Positions 1 to 11,200 of a stretch of DNA of 64,000 nt are shown here, in pieces (position 1 is the stretch's first letter; the number at the start of each line of letters is the position of its first letter). A program made the translations under genes and the position numbers. The notes beneath the pieces were generated by a model, which saw only the letters and a list, made by a program, of their open reading frames with translations, was not told where the DNA came from and did not search any database. The DNA comes from Candidatus Latescibacterota bacterium (lineage in GTDB: Bacteria; Latescibacterota; UBA2968; UBA8231), in NCBI GenBank assembly GCA_965242865.1, contig CBDETK010000013.1, positions 2,112,001 through 2,176,000 on the forward strand, given 5' to 3'.

Positions 1-1605
1 TCGGCCGCCGAGCTGCGCGATTTCGTCGTCCAGATGCCCCGGTCCTTGCGCCTCCAAGGACCGGGCGACCCCGCGCGACAGCACTACCTGCGCAGCATGC
101 TGGCCAAATACTTGCTCGTGCTGGAGGCCAAAGAGCGAGGATTGGATACCGCTCAGGTGGTACAGACGAAGGTGATGCACCACTGGCGTCAGCACTTGGT
201 CGCCACCTATCGCCAGCTCGCACTGGCACCCAAGGTGCAGGTTTCCGCGGAGGAGATCCGCGCCTATTTCGCCCACAGCGGCCTAGACCGCAAGCGCCAG
301 ATGGCGGGCATTCTGGTGGAAAAGGATAGCACCGCACAGCAAATACATGAGGAGCTCGAAGCGGGTGGGGATTTTGCCCAACTGGCCGCCGAATACACCA
401 TTGACGAACGGTCGGCGGCCCAAGGGGGGGTGCTGGGATTTATCGATCTGAAGCAGGCCCGCAGGTTGCAGATTCCAGACGAGGTGTTTCGCAGTCTGCC
501 GAGTGGACAGCCATCCCCGGTCCTGCCCATGGGCACGCGCTACCAAATCGTGCGCTTCCTCCAAGACCAGCCCGTTCCGCTAGCGGAAAAACGACCGCAG
601 ATTCGCGAGATACTCTACGAACGCAAGCGACTAGAGCAGGAGAACGCGGAGATCGCGACCCTCGTCCGCAAGCTAGATGTGCAGCTAGTGCCAGAGGGAT
701 TAGAGCTTCTACTGCATAAAGCGGCCCTCCACACCCGGGTGCGCCTCGCCCATCTGGCCGCCGAGGAGGTGGGCCAGCCCCTCTTTACCTATAAGGGGGG
801 GCAAATCTCGCTGGGCGATTACCTCAATGCCCTGTGGAAGGATCTGCGGGCCTTGTCCGGCTGGGGGGTACGGGACAGTGCCGAGGTGGTTGACACAGCG
901 AGGGAGCTAATTTTGATACCGGCTTTGTTGGCAGAGGCGGCGCAGCGGGCCGGGTTCGCGGAGATGGTAGATGGACGACAGCGCTTGCAGGAAATACGCA
1001 CGGAATTTCTGATTAAACAGTTGCGCGAGGAAGCGGTCATCGACCAATCCGAGGCGAGCCAAGAGGAAGCGAGGGATTTTTACGATAACAATGAAGAATT
1101 GTTCCGGGAACCGGCCCAATACATCGTCGTTGAAGTGCTGGTCGAGACCGAGGCGGAAGCCGCCGGTTTGCTGCGGGCCATAGAACGAGGGGCATCCTTG
1201 GGAACGCTTGCCCAAAAGCACACCATCCGCTCAGGTATGGAGCAAGAAGAGGGCTTGCTGCATCTAGGCGAGTACGAGCGTTTGACCCTGCCGCGGCTCT
1301 TCAAAGCAGTAAAGGCGGCCGAGCTCGGCAAAATCACCGGGCCAGAGCCTGTTGAAGGCGGGTACAGCATTTTCAGCGTTCTCAACCGCCAAGGGGGAGA
1401 AGTAGCCCCCTTTTTTCAAGTCGAGAACAAGGCGCGGGCTTTGGTGCGCGGACAGAAGCGAGAACAATTGTTTGAAGAACTGATAGACGACCTGCTAGAC
1501 AAGTACAAAGACCGGATCGCGGTGTCTGACAGCGCGTTGGCCGCGGCTCTACCCGATTCGTTCCTACAGCACCACGCAGGGGAAGCCCCAACCAAAGGCG
1601 AATAG
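1..1605 (+). CDS. Peptidyl-prolyl cis-trans isomerase, PpiC/SurA/PrsA-like, two rotamase domains (probably 5'-partial)
   Basis: Frame is open from base 1. Motifs GGDFAQLAAEYTID..GGVLGFI and LAQKHT..GKITGPEPVEGGYSIF are parvulin-type. Confidence 0.75.
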   Translation, partial: SAAELRDFVVQMPRSLRLQGPGDPARQHYLRSMLAKYLLVLEAKERGLDTAQVVQTKVMHHWRQHLVATYRQLALAPKVQVSAEEIRAYFAHSGLDRKRQMAGILVEKDSTAQQIHEELEAGGDFAQLAAEYTIDERSAAQGGVLGFIDLKQARRLQIPDEVFRSLPSGQPSPVLPMGTRYQIVRFLQDQPVPLAEKRPQIREILYERKRLEQENAEIATLVRKLDVQLVPEGLELLLHKAALHTRVRLAHLAAEEVGQPLFTYKGGQISLGDYLNALWKDLRALSGWGVRDSAEVVDTARELILIPALLAEAAQRAGFAEMVDGRQRLQEIRTEFLIKQLREEAVIDQSEASQEEARDFYDNNEELFREPAQYIVVEVLVETEAEAAGLLRAIERGASLGTLAQKHTIRSGMEQEEGLLHLGEYERLTLPRLFKAVKAAELGKITGPEPVEGGYSIFSVLNRQGGEVAPFFQVENKARALVRGQKREQLFEELIDDLLDKYKDRIAVSDSALAAALPDSFLQHHAGEAPTKGE

Positions 1606-1608
1606 GGT

Positions 1609-4281
1609 ATGAAACACCGCTTACCTGTGCAGCACTCGACAGACGCGAGGCGATCGGCGTTTTGTCTCCTCGCCCTTCTTCTCTTTACGGCTCTAAACGG
1701 GGTATCGGCCCAGTCAAGGGGGTACAGTGTGGGCGCGGATCGGGTCGAGGTGCGGACTCAGGCGCACTGGCAGGCTTGGGATTTTCCGGCAGATATGGTG
1801 ACCATAACGCCGTCTGGCTCGGTGCAGTCCAGATTCGTACAAGTGCCGCACAACGCCATATTAAATGCGGCCGACTTTAGCTATCCCATTGATGGCAGCC
1901 TGCGAGATCAGTACGCCAATTCGTTTCAAGACGAAAACAATACTCTGCTGGCCCGCGGCGGCATCAAAAGGGCGGGTTCAAATCCGCAGTTAGCGGAGCG
2001 GGTCCTTGACGCGGATCCAACGACCGCTTGGGAGCCGGACCCGGCCGATCCCCTGCGGGACTGGGTACTGGAGATCGACCTGGGCCGTCTGGTGTCGGCC
2101 ACCAAGGTCGTCGTGCGCTTTGCCGAAGCAGGGGATCCGTTCCTGCAATTCAGGGTGCATTCGGCCGGCGGGCAAAACCCCTTTGGCACGGCGGACCGCA
2201 GTGGCGCCCTGGACTACACCTTGGTCGGCAGCACCACTCAGCCCAATCGCGACCAGCGGGTCTTTGAGTTTGACCTCGCGCCCCTGGGCACCCATACAGA
2301 AGAGTGGAGCGGCCGCATTATGCAGTATCTGCGCATCGCGGTCACAGCCACCAATGGCGAGCGGGCCCAACAGCTCTCGGCCGAGGAGTATCAAGCGCTG
2401 GCCGCAGAGAACCAAGGCGCGGTGGAATACGTCTGGAAAATCGCCGGCGAAGAGCGGCTAGTACCGGCCGAGCGCTACGACCAGTTGTCAGTTGAGCAGC
2501 AGGGTGGGGTGCGCTATTATCGCCGCGAACGGCCGCAACTCGCCGAGGTGGAGGTCTGGACTGTGGGTGAGAACATTGCCTTGGGGATCATAGAGCGCGG
2601 CGGTAGCTTACACGATGTCAATCCCAATTCTTCGCCCGAACTTGCCGTCGATGGCAACGTGCGCACTGAGTGGCAGGGCATGGTCTATTTTCCCACCGGG
2701 GAGACCGCCGAGTGGGGGTTGTTGAACGTGGATCTGGGCTCCCACTTCTTAGTCCATGCGGTGCGCATCATTACCCGCGTTGGCGGCAGAAACCTGATTG
2801 GTTATCTATTGCGCGGTTCGGACGGTTTGCTGGCCCCCGATGGCAGTTTGATCTGGGAGGAATTGAGTGGTGAGACTCGGCAGTTAAACCAGAACACGCG
2901 GCTATTCGAGGATCACTTCGCACCGCGCCCGATGCGCTTTTTAGAATTCCGCAACCTAGATATTGCCCGCCGCACGAGGGCCCATGAAGGGCACCGGATC
3001 CTGAGCACAGTGACCGAAATCCAAGTCTTCGCCCATGGGCACTTGCCCATACTAAAGATGACTTCCGATCTCATCGATCTAGGGAGTTCCAAGACGCTAA
3101 CGACCATCGACTGGGAAGCGGACACTCCTCCGGGCACGGCCGTAGAAATCCGCACTCGCACGGGCAATGATCTGCGCGAAGTAAACCGCTATTTCAAAAA
3201 AGACGGTACGGAAGTAGCCAACAAAGAAGAATACGAGGAGCAGCCGTCTTTCTACCGGGGGGAGATCCTCACCGAGTTCCTGCCGGGACCGGGCTGGAGC
3301 AACTGGAGTCAAGTGTACGTCAAACCGGGCGAAGTCGTAAGTTCCCCCAATCCCCGGCGCTATCTGATGCTCCAGACGAGACTGCTCAGTGAAGACGCGG
3401 CGGTCGCCGCCAGCCTAGAGTCGATCCAGCTCCATTTCACAGCACCGCTGGTAGAGCACCTCGCTGGAGAAATAGAGCCCAAGCGGAATGTCCCCAGCGG
3501 CGAACTCACCGATTTCAACCTCTTCATCCGCCCCTCCTTTGCTGCTCAGAACCCAGGATTCGACCTCATTCGGTTCATCGCGCCTTCGCGGGCGAATATC
3601 GAACTGCGCCACGTGAGTTTGGGAGCCGAAAGCGAGTTTGCCGCCGGCGACGAGAAAATATTCGCCGAAGTGGCAAAGGGCCGTTTTGAGAATGGGGCCG
3701 GGGAGGAACTGGCGTTGACTAAGGTGGCAATTGACACGCTGCAACTGGGCCTGCCCAGGATACTGAGACGAGGCCGTGCGGATATTGTGCGGCTCTCTTT
3801 TTCGTCGCGTGTCTTCCTGAGCGGTGCCACTTTTGCCGCCGAAGTTGGGCTCTCGACGCAAGCGGACAACTGGCAGCGGGTGGATCCAGCGGATCCGGTA
3901 GGCGATGAATGGGCCGTTGGTGAGGGGTTGACAGTATTGACGACCGAGCACCCCGATCAGATTGGGATGATCGAGGTAAATCCTGCCACGTTTACCCCAA
4001 ATGGCGATGGCATTAACGACGCGGCGGTCTTTTCATTTGTCGTGCTCAAGGTCAATGTAGCCCGGCGAGTCGTGGTGTATTTATACGACTTGGCGGGCAG
4101 GGAAGTACGGCGTCTTTCTGAGAGGCGCGATATGGCGAATGGGCTGTATCGCGTTGTCTGGGACGGACGGGACGGACGGGAAAATTTAGTACCTCCGGGC
4201 CTGTACCTCGCCCGTATCGAGGTAGATGACGACGCGAGGGATGACAACTCGGCTGCCCGCCTAGTTGGGGTGGCGTATTGA
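1609..4281 (+). CDS. Large secreted protein with discoidin-like segments and C-terminal FlgD Ig-like domain
   Basis: Hydrophobic signal peptide; C-terminal FTPNGDGIND..LYDLAGREVRRL..WDGRD..VPPGLY motif. Confidence 0.7.
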   Translation: MKHRLPVQHSTDARRSAFCLLALLLFTALNGVSAQSRGYSVGADRVEVRTQAHWQAWDFPADMVTITPSGSVQSRFVQVPHNAILNAADFSYPIDGSLRDQYANSFQDENNTLLARGGIKRAGSNPQLAERVLDADPTTAWEPDPADPLRDWVLEIDLGRLVSATKVVVRFAEAGDPFLQFRVHSAGGQNPFGTADRSGALDYTLVGSTTQPNRDQRVFEFDLAPLGTHTEEWSGRIMQYLRIAVTATNGERAQQLSAEEYQALAAENQGAVEYVWKIAGEERLVPAERYDQLSVEQQGGVRYYRRERPQLAEVEVWTVGENIALGIIERGGSLHDVNPNSSPELAVDGNVRTEWQGMVYFPTGETAEWGLLNVDLGSHFLVHAVRIITRVGGRNLIGYLLRGSDGLLAPDGSLIWEELSGETRQLNQNTRLFEDHFAPRPMRFLEFRNLDIARRTRAHEGHRILSTVTEIQVFAHGHLPILKMTSDLIDLGSSKTLTTIDWEADTPPGTAVEIRTRTGNDLREVNRYFKKDGTEVANKEEYEEQPSFYRGEILTEFLPGPGWSNWSQVYVKPGEVVSSPNPRRYLMLQTRLLSEDAAVAASLESIQLHFTAPLVEHLAGEIEPKRNVPSGELTDFNLFIRPSFAAQNPGFDLIRFIAPSRANIELRHVSLGAESEFAAGDEKIFAEVAKGRFENGAGEELALTKVAIDTLQLGLPRILRRGRADIVRLSFSSRVFLSGATFAAEVGLSTQADNWQRVDPADPVGDEWAVGEGLTVLTTEHPDQIGMIEVNPATFTPNGDGINDAAVFSFVVLKVNVARRVVVYLYDLAGREVRRLSERRDMANGLYRVVWDGRDGRENLVPPGLYLARIEVDDDARDDNSAARLVGVAY

Positions 4282-4354
4282 CTGTCGCGTTGTGTCGGTA
4301 GTCGCTTTAAGGCGGCTTTTACTAGCTCAAAGAAGCCAATCTCCGGCAGGTAAC

Positions 4355-4394
4355 GCGGGAATCCAGGCTTGAATGATGTAGGATTGCTATATAG
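4355..4394 (+). repeat. MITE/REP-like end: GCGGGAATCCAG followed by an IS630-type terminal sequence
   Basis: 4355-4392 matches 11527-11564 at 35/38; 4372-4394 is identical (23 bp) to the IS630 end at 46044-46066. Confidence 0.7.
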
Positions 4395-4433
4395 CAGGGA
4401 AAGCAAACGACGCTGTTCAGCGAAAGGAACCCT

Positions 4434-4646
4434 ATGCCGGCGACACTCTACACAGACGATGGGGCGTATTTCATCCGCTTGGGCAATGGTTTGGTCCTCC
4501 GGTGGTGCCGCGAGGGCGAGGAATGGATCAAGGGGCGTTGCGAGCTGCCGAGCGGGGCTAGGCCGATCGGCTTTACAACCCTGCCGGAGGCCCTGCGCGA
4601 GGAAGTGCTGGCGGTGTTGGCCCGCGCGGCCGCCGTGTCGCGCTAG
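4434..4646 (+). CDS. Small hypothetical protein (70 aa)
   Basis: AAGGA RBS before ATG; protein-like composition; fills the gap convergent to addA. Confidence 0.55.
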   Translation: MPATLYTDDGAYFIRLGNGLVLRWCREGEEWIKGRCELPSGARPIGFTTLPEALREEVLAVLARAAAVSR

Positions 4647-7600
4647 TTTTTAGCCGCCATGAGCTGGGCGACGAGATCGTCGAGACGGGTGCGGACCGCG
4701 GCCAGCTCGGCCGGGGCAAAGCGCGTGCCGTGCTCCTCGTCTGAGTCGACAAAGTACAGGGTAGCGCGGTATTCGCCTTGGCCCGGGTAAAGGCCCTGTA
4801 AGCAGAGGGCGTACAGTTCCAATTGCAGTTGGTAGGATTGGACTGACTCGGCTCGATTCGCCCGGTGGCCGGTCTTGTAGTCGATCAATTCCCACCCCCC
4901 ATCGGCCCCGCGTCCCATGTAATCAACCACTCCGTGTACTAGCCCGTGCGCTAGCGGCAGCGCAAAGCGCACTTCGGTGTGAGCCTCCAGATGGGTGCGC
5001 CAGCGCGCGGCTAAGGGCGATTGGCGGCAGCGGCGCAACAGCCCGGCCAACTCGCGCTCAAACGAAGCGCGATAGGATGCTACGGGCAAAGGGGCGGCTG
5101 CGACGAGGTCCGCGGCGAGGGCGGTGGGATCGGCGTCTGGGCGGTTGTGCAGGGCTTCTAAGCCGGCGTGGGCGAGCTGGCCAAAGAGCATACCGCGGCG
5201 GCGAGGCGCATCCACTTGGCCGAGGGGCCACGCCGGCAGGCCCAGCCCATACTGGCGATGGTGCGCGGCCCGGTCTGCGGCGAAGAGGACCAGCTCGCTG
5301 ACTGCAAATTCGGGCCGGTCTTGGGGGTCGTCGAGCGGCGATAGATCCAACGGCGGCGCGGGGGCTTGCACCAGCGAGGCGTCGAGGGCGCGAAAGGCCG
5401 GCTCGGCCGCGGTCGTCGGCGCGGGAGCCGGAAACGCGCTGGGGTCGGTGTAGATGGGCAAGGGGGCCGGTACGCCGGCAACCTCCTTGGTGCCGCGGGC
5501 GAGGTCCGCCTCGGTCAAGGTCAAACTCCCACAAATCCAACTGAGGCAGTCCTTAGCCGCGCTGAGGTCGGCGGGGAGGTGCTCGTCGGCCAGCGCACCG
5601 CCGAGCAACAGGTGATCGCGGGCGCGGGTGCAAGCCACGTACAGCAGACGCTTCTCTTCGGCGCGCTGGCGGCGGATCGCGTCGCGGTTGACGAGGCTGC
5701 GGATATAGGACGGGGCCATTTTGTACCCCTGCTCGGGGTCGCGCGTACTCAAGCCGAGGCCCTTTTCCGCGTCGAGGAGGACCGGGTCGCTGCTTCCCAA
5801 GTTAAATCGCGCGGCCAAGTCGGGCACGACCGCGATGGGAAACTCCAAGCCCTTGGCCGCATGCACGGTTAGGATGTGCAAGGCGTCCGCTGCGAGGACC
5901 GCTTCGCCCTCTTGCTCTTCTTCGGTCGTCAGCAAGTCGAGCCGAACCACGAAATCGGCGAGGGGGCCGCGGAACTCGCGGGCGAGGTGGAGGAGCTTTT
6001 CGACGTTGGCCACGGCCTGCTCCCCGCGGTCCCCATAGCAGAGAAAACCCCAAGCCCCGGTGTCTTCGAGGATGGCGTGCAGCAGCTCAACGAGGGGTAC
6101 GCGGTCGCGCCGCTCCCTCCAGCGCTGGAGCCGGGCGACCGCGTCCGCCGCAGCCTCTCGATCCGCCGGGGCGAGATGTTGCCGCCGACCAGCGTCCTCG
6201 AGGTGCTCGGCGAGCCGCCCGCCGTGGGGCGCGGTCAGCGCATACAGGGCATTGTCCGAGAGACCGAAGTACGGCGAGCGCAACGCACCCAGCAAGGCGA
6301 TGCTGTCGCCGGGGTTGCACAGGACGCGGAGGATATTGGCGAGGTCGTAGATTTCTTGACGCTGGTAAAAGCCCCGGCCGCCCGCCACTTGGAACGGGAT
6401 GCCGCAGGCCCGCAGCGCGTCTTCGTACGCGGAAAGATTGCGGCGGCGACGCAGGAGCAAGGCGATGTCCCCGGGCACCGGCGGTCGCAAGCCCTCTCCA
6501 TCGGCGACCTGCAAGTCGCTACCTGTCAACAGGTGGCTCAAGCGGCGAGCCACGAGCTCGGCTTCGCACCGAGCCGCTTCGGTTGCATCGCGGCTGTCGT
6601 CGGGCGGCAAGAGCAAAAGCTCAACCGAACCCTCGCTTACCTCGGTGGAGCGGCACCCGACGAGCGGATCGTAGCCCACTTGAAACGGCTCGCCCGGGAC
6701 CGCCTGCATGAACTGGGGAAAGAGCGCGTTGACCAAGGCGACGGGCTGGGCGAGGGTGCGGAAATTTTCGCCCATGACGAGCTCCCCAAGCCGCTGGGCC
6801 GGCGAGGCGTCGAGGATTTCGCCGTCGTCGCAAAAGGGCTGGGCATCGCGCTCGTGCGCGGCATTGGCCTGTGCAATGGCCTCGCGAACGCGGGCAAAGA
6901 CCGCGACGTCGGCTGCGCGGAACGAGTAAATCGACTGCTTGGGGTCGCCGACGATGAAGAGTTTATCGCCGGCCATTGGCCCGTCTGGCGCCACCAGCGA
7001 GCGGATGATTTCCCACTGGACGGGATCGGTGTCTTGGAATTCGTCGATCAGGGCGAAGCGATAGTGTTGGGCCAAGCGGTGGCGGATAGCCGCGTCCGTG
7101 GCGATGAGCTGGCGGCTTTTCTCTAGCAGGTCGTCCATGTCCAGCATCCGGCCGTTGCCCTTGCTACCCTCGCAGCGCGCATCGGCTCGGAGGAAGAGGC
7201 GCGACAGAGCGGGCAGCACGGCCGCGGCGCGCTCGTCGTCGGCCCCGAGTTCGCGGCCGAGGAGATCGACGTGGGGCGCGAGGCAGTGCCCCAAGGCCGG
7301 CACGAGTTCGCGGATGCGGGCCAGCGCGTCCGCGTCCCAATTGGATTTACTGCCCAGTCGGCTGCCGCTCAAGGGTTTGCCACTGGTCAAAAGCCCCGCG
7401 GCGAGGCGCGGGAGGATGGCGACCCCCTCGGCGAGCGGGGGCCTTTGACTCAGCCAGCGCATGTCCTCGCGGAGGGGGTCTAGTCGCTTGACAGCCGAAT
7501 CGCGGGCCTCGGTTTGGGGCGCGATCTCGGCCAACTCCGCGAGCATCGCGGGGAAGTGGGGGTCGGCCAGCAGAGTGTGGTACGCAGGCTCGCAGGCCGC

Positions 7601-8239
7601 TTGCTGCATTTGGAGCCAATCGCTGAGGATTTGGTCGGGCGATTGCTCGGCGTAGCGGCGGCACCACGAGCGGGCGAGGTGCTTTTTTGCGAGGAGGAGT
7701 TGCAAGACCTGTTCGAGATAGGGCCGCGACCATTCGGCCAAGGTGTGCCGCAACGCCTCCTTATCCGGGCTGGAGTCGCGCGTCCGGGCTAGGGCCGCTA
7801 GGGTTTGGCGCACCGCTTGAGACCTAAGCTGGGCCGCATCCACTTCCTCCAAGACCGCAAAGGCCGGGTCCACATCCGCTTCAATGGGATACTCGCGCAA
7901 CAAGGCCGCACAGAAGGAGTGAATGGTGGAAATGCGGGCCGCAGGGAGTTCATCGCGGATTTGCCGCAGGCGTTGCCTTTCGGGTTCGGGCAGCACTTGG
8001 GAGAGTCCGTCGGACAGCCGTTGGGCGACGCGCTCGCGCATTTCGGCTGCGGCCTTTTGGGTAAACGTGATGGCCAGCACTTGGCGCACACCGATGTCGG
8101 GATGCTGGCGCAATAGCTCGATGTAGCGCTCGACGAGCGTGGCGGTCTTGCCGGCCCCGGCGCTGGCGGTGACCGCGATGTTGCGCTGGGGGTCGAGGGC
8201 CATGCGCTGGACCGGCGTCAGGGGAACGGCGCGCTTCAC
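4643..8239 (-). CDS. addA: ATP-dependent helicase/nuclease subunit A (UvrD-like helicase plus PD-(D/E)XK nuclease)
   Basis: ASAGAGKT Walker A, LIDEFQDT, VGDPKQSIYSFR, TVHAAKGLEF, YVACTRARD, C-terminal GVVD..IDYKTG. Confidence 0.88.
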   Translation of the reverse strand: MKRAVPLTPVQRMALDPQRNIAVTASAGAGKTATLVERYIELLRQHPDIGVRQVLAITFTQKAAAEMRERVAQRLSDGLSQVLPEPERQRLRQIRDELPAARISTIHSFCAALLREYPIEADVDPAFAVLEEVDAAQLRSQAVRQTLAALARTRDSSPDKEALRHTLAEWSRPYLEQVLQLLLAKKHLARSWCRRYAEQSPDQILSDWLQMQQAACEPAYHTLLADPHFPAMLAELAEIAPQTEARDSAVKRLDPLREDMRWLSQRPPLAEGVAILPRLAAGLLTSGKPLSGSRLGSKSNWDADALARIRELVPALGHCLAPHVDLLGRELGADDERAAAVLPALSRLFLRADARCEGSKGNGRMLDMDDLLEKSRQLIATDAAIRHRLAQHYRFALIDEFQDTDPVQWEIIRSLVAPDGPMAGDKLFIVGDPKQSIYSFRAADVAVFARVREAIAQANAAHERDAQPFCDDGEILDASPAQRLGELVMGENFRTLAQPVALVNALFPQFMQAVPGEPFQVGYDPLVGCRSTEVSEGSVELLLLPPDDSRDATEAARCEAELVARRLSHLLTGSDLQVADGEGLRPPVPGDIALLLRRRRNLSAYEDALRACGIPFQVAGGRGFYQRQEIYDLANILRVLCNPGDSIALLGALRSPYFGLSDNALYALTAPHGGRLAEHLEDAGRRQHLAPADREAAADAVARLQRWRERRDRVPLVELLHAILEDTGAWGFLCYGDRGEQAVANVEKLLHLAREFRGPLADFVVRLDLLTTEEEQEGEAVLAADALHILTVHAAKGLEFPIAVVPDLAARFNLGSSDPVLLDAEKGLGLSTRDPEQGYKMAPSYIRSLVNRDAIRRQRAEEKRLLYVACTRARDHLLLGGALADEHLPADLSAAKDCLSWICGSLTLTEADLARGTKEVAGVPAPLPIYTDPSAFPAPAPTTAAEPAFRALDASLVQAPAPPLDLSPLDDPQDRPEFAVSELVLFAADRAAHHRQYGLGLPAWPLGQVDAPRRRGMLFGQLAHAGLEALHNRPDADPTALAADLVAAAPLPVASYRASFERELAGLLRRCRQSPLAARWRTHLEAHTEVRFALPLAHGLVHGVVDYMGRGADGGWELIDYKTGHRANRAESVQSYQLQLELYALCLQGLYPGQGEYRATLYFVDSDEEHGTRFAPAELAAVRTRLDDLVAQLMAAKN

Positions 8240-11200
8240 GGCTGCAAGTCCCGCACGCGCTGAGGGTCGAGGCGGCAGCTTTGTTGGTAGGGGCAGTGCG
8301 GGCAGATTTTGGCCGGATCGTGGGCGGTGACGCGAAATTCCCCCCGGCGCATGGCGCGGGCGTACGAGAGGACAAAGCCGCGCACGGTGTCGAGCCGCTG
8401 GCGATATTCCTCGTGCTCGTACTGGCGGCTCCTAGCGACATAAGCTGCATTGCGGTGCGCGTCATCGGCGAACAGCCCCTTGCGGCCGCAGTCGTCTAGG
8501 TCGCGGAGCATCAGGTACGCCGCCCCGGCCCCTTGCCGCAGCCCGAGCTCCCCGAACAGGGATTCAGCCGCGAGCACATAGAGTGGAAGCTGGAGGGTGA
8601 GGCCGGTCTCCTTTTTAAGATCGTCCACAGCGGGCATGCGGCCGGTTTTGTAGTCGAAAACCATGAAGCGGCCGTCGGCCGTGCGGTCGATGCGGTCGAT
8701 CTTGCCGGACAGGCGCACCTCGTCTCCAGTCTCTGGGTCGCCGATGGCATAAGACGTGGTGGTCGATTGCCGGTCGCCATCCCCCATGCCGGGATAGCTG
8801 CCAAAGCTCAACTCAAAGTGGGTCGGCACGGCCGGGTCGGGCGCGTCCGCTTGCAGCCGGAGAAAGCGGGGCAAAATGCCCTCGCGCTCCCCATCGTCCG
8901 TGCCGAGCAGGCGCTCTAATTCTCGCTCCCAGAAAAAGCCGGTAAGCCGCATCTCCTCGGCGATTTGGCGACCGAGGCCGCGCAGGTCCGCGACGTTGGT
9001 CGGCAGGTTTTCCCGGCGTTCGGCCGCTTCGCCGTGGGCGGTATAAAAACGGTAGAGGATGCGGTGGACGAGGTTGCCGCGCTTGAGCGCGGAGTCGTCG
9101 GCTTCCGGGTCGCGCAGGGGCTGGAGCCCGAGCAGGTCTTGGGCGAAAAACCGGAAGGGACAGCGGCCGTACAGCTCCAGTTGGGTCGCGGAAAAAGAGT
9201 GGCCCGCGCCGAGGCGGGTACGCAGCGCGTCGAGCAGCGGCTCCTCGTCAAGGACGCCTTCGTACCGGCCAAACCCCTCGGGACTCGCGCGCCGGGCCGC
9301 GAGATGCAGGCCGCGCACGAGCTGGGCGGTGGCGGGGCTGTCGAGCTGGGCGGCCGCGCCGTACAGGGCGAGGGCATCGCGCCCGAGGTCGGATTCACGC
9401 GCCTCACACAGGCCCCGGCCCAAGGTGCGGTGCAGCTCGCCTGGGGTGCTCGGGGGCCGATCGGCATCGTCCGCCGCCGGCTGCGGCCCGAGTAGCTCGT
9501 CGAGTTCGGTGATAAAGGGCGAGGGGGCGAGCACCTCGCGGCCCGCCTGCTGGGGATAGAAGATGGCGAGGCCGCGGCGAGGCGCACCCACGGCGCGGTA
9601 AAACAGCAAACGCTCGGCCTCAGTGGTGGCGTCCTCGTCCAAGTTCAGGGCGCGCCGCTGCGTTTCTTCGAGGAAAATATCGGCCGGTGGTACGCGGGGA
9701 AATTCGCCTTGCACCAGCCCGCCTAAGAAGAGGTAATCGCAGGGCGCACTGCCCGCCGCGGCGAGGTCGGTCACTTGAATGCCAGCCTGCGTCGTGGCCG
9801 GGATGTGTGCTTGGGCGACGGCGTCGCGCAGCAGGTCGGCGAACTCGCTCGGGGTGCGGGCCTGCTCGGCGGACACCGGCGCACACAGTTCGTCGAGCAG
9901 ATCCAAAAAGCGCGTCAGGGCGTGGCCGTCTGCGGCCGCCCCATCCTCTACGCCCAACGCGCCGAGGGCGTGGAGCAGGTTGTGGCGGAAGGAGGGTAGG
10001 GTTTGGCGGCGATCCAAGGGCTGGAGCAGGTCAAAGAGCGCGGTGAGGCCGGCGCGCAGAGGCTGGAGAGCCACCGACTCGGCGCGCAGGGACTCGCGCC
10101 AAGCGGTGAGATCGCCGATTTCCTCGGAGACGGGTTCGCCTTCGCGGCCGAGTTCGCGCTCTATGTACGCGAGGGTGTCGTCAATGGCGGCGAGCCACGC
10201 ACCGCGCCCGGTGGAGGGGGGAACGTTGCGGGTCCACGCGGCAAAGTCCGCCGCCGAAAGCGCGTTGGTCTGCTCCGCAAAGGCGTAGCGCAGGCACACC
10301 GAGGGCAAGCTGAGCAGGCGGAAGAGCGCGGCGCGGCTGTAGCGCTCTAACACCGCGTCGAGGAGCGCGAAGACCGCGTTCATGGCGGGTGCTGTGGCAA
10401 GGGGCCGCCCGCGGGCGAGGTAAAAAGGCAGGCCGTGGCGCGGCAGCACTTCTGCCACGAGCTCGGCGTAGAGGTCAAGGGTGCGAAAGCCCATGCGAAT
10501 TTGGCCGAGCGCGACCCCTTGCTCGCGGTGCAACTGGCGGATGCGGCGGGCCATGGCCGCGACTTCGCCGACTCGGTCTGGGCAGGCGACCCGCTCTACG
10601 GGCGCGGCGCAATGGGCGCGACTGGGCGCGAAGAGGCGGTTGGCAAACGCGGCGACCGGATGCGGCTCGGCGGCACTGAATTTGACGCGGGCGGCACGGG
10701 CGCGGACCCACTCGTACAGCGGGCGCGTACGATCAAAAAAACCCGGCCCTTCCGGGTCGTAGTCGAGCACGGCGATGGATTCTGGCACCAGGGGGAGCAG
10801 CTTTTCCAGCACGGGCAGAAAAGGCGCGGGCACTTCCACAAAGCCGCAGAGCACGAGCAACTTGAGGCCCGGGAAACGCTGGGCGAGCAGCGAGCGGTCG
10901 AGGTGGGTATGCACCGCGGCAAAACGCTCGCGGCTCCCGCTCCAGCCCGCCGCGAGCCGCGCTAGATACGCCGCATACAGGGCCTGTAATTCCGCGCTGC
11001 GCTGCGTGGTCCCCCCTAGATCGCTCGGCTCGACGCCCAATTCCTCCAGCCGGCCGAACAATTGAGCCAGCCCTCGGATCAGCCGCTCCGGGCGGCGGCT
11101 GTAATAGGGTGCGCTGGCCGCGCTGGCCGCGAGTGCGTCTTCGACTAAGAGCACCTGCGCGCTGAGGGGCAGGGCCGCTCGCCGGCCGGGACAGAGGCTG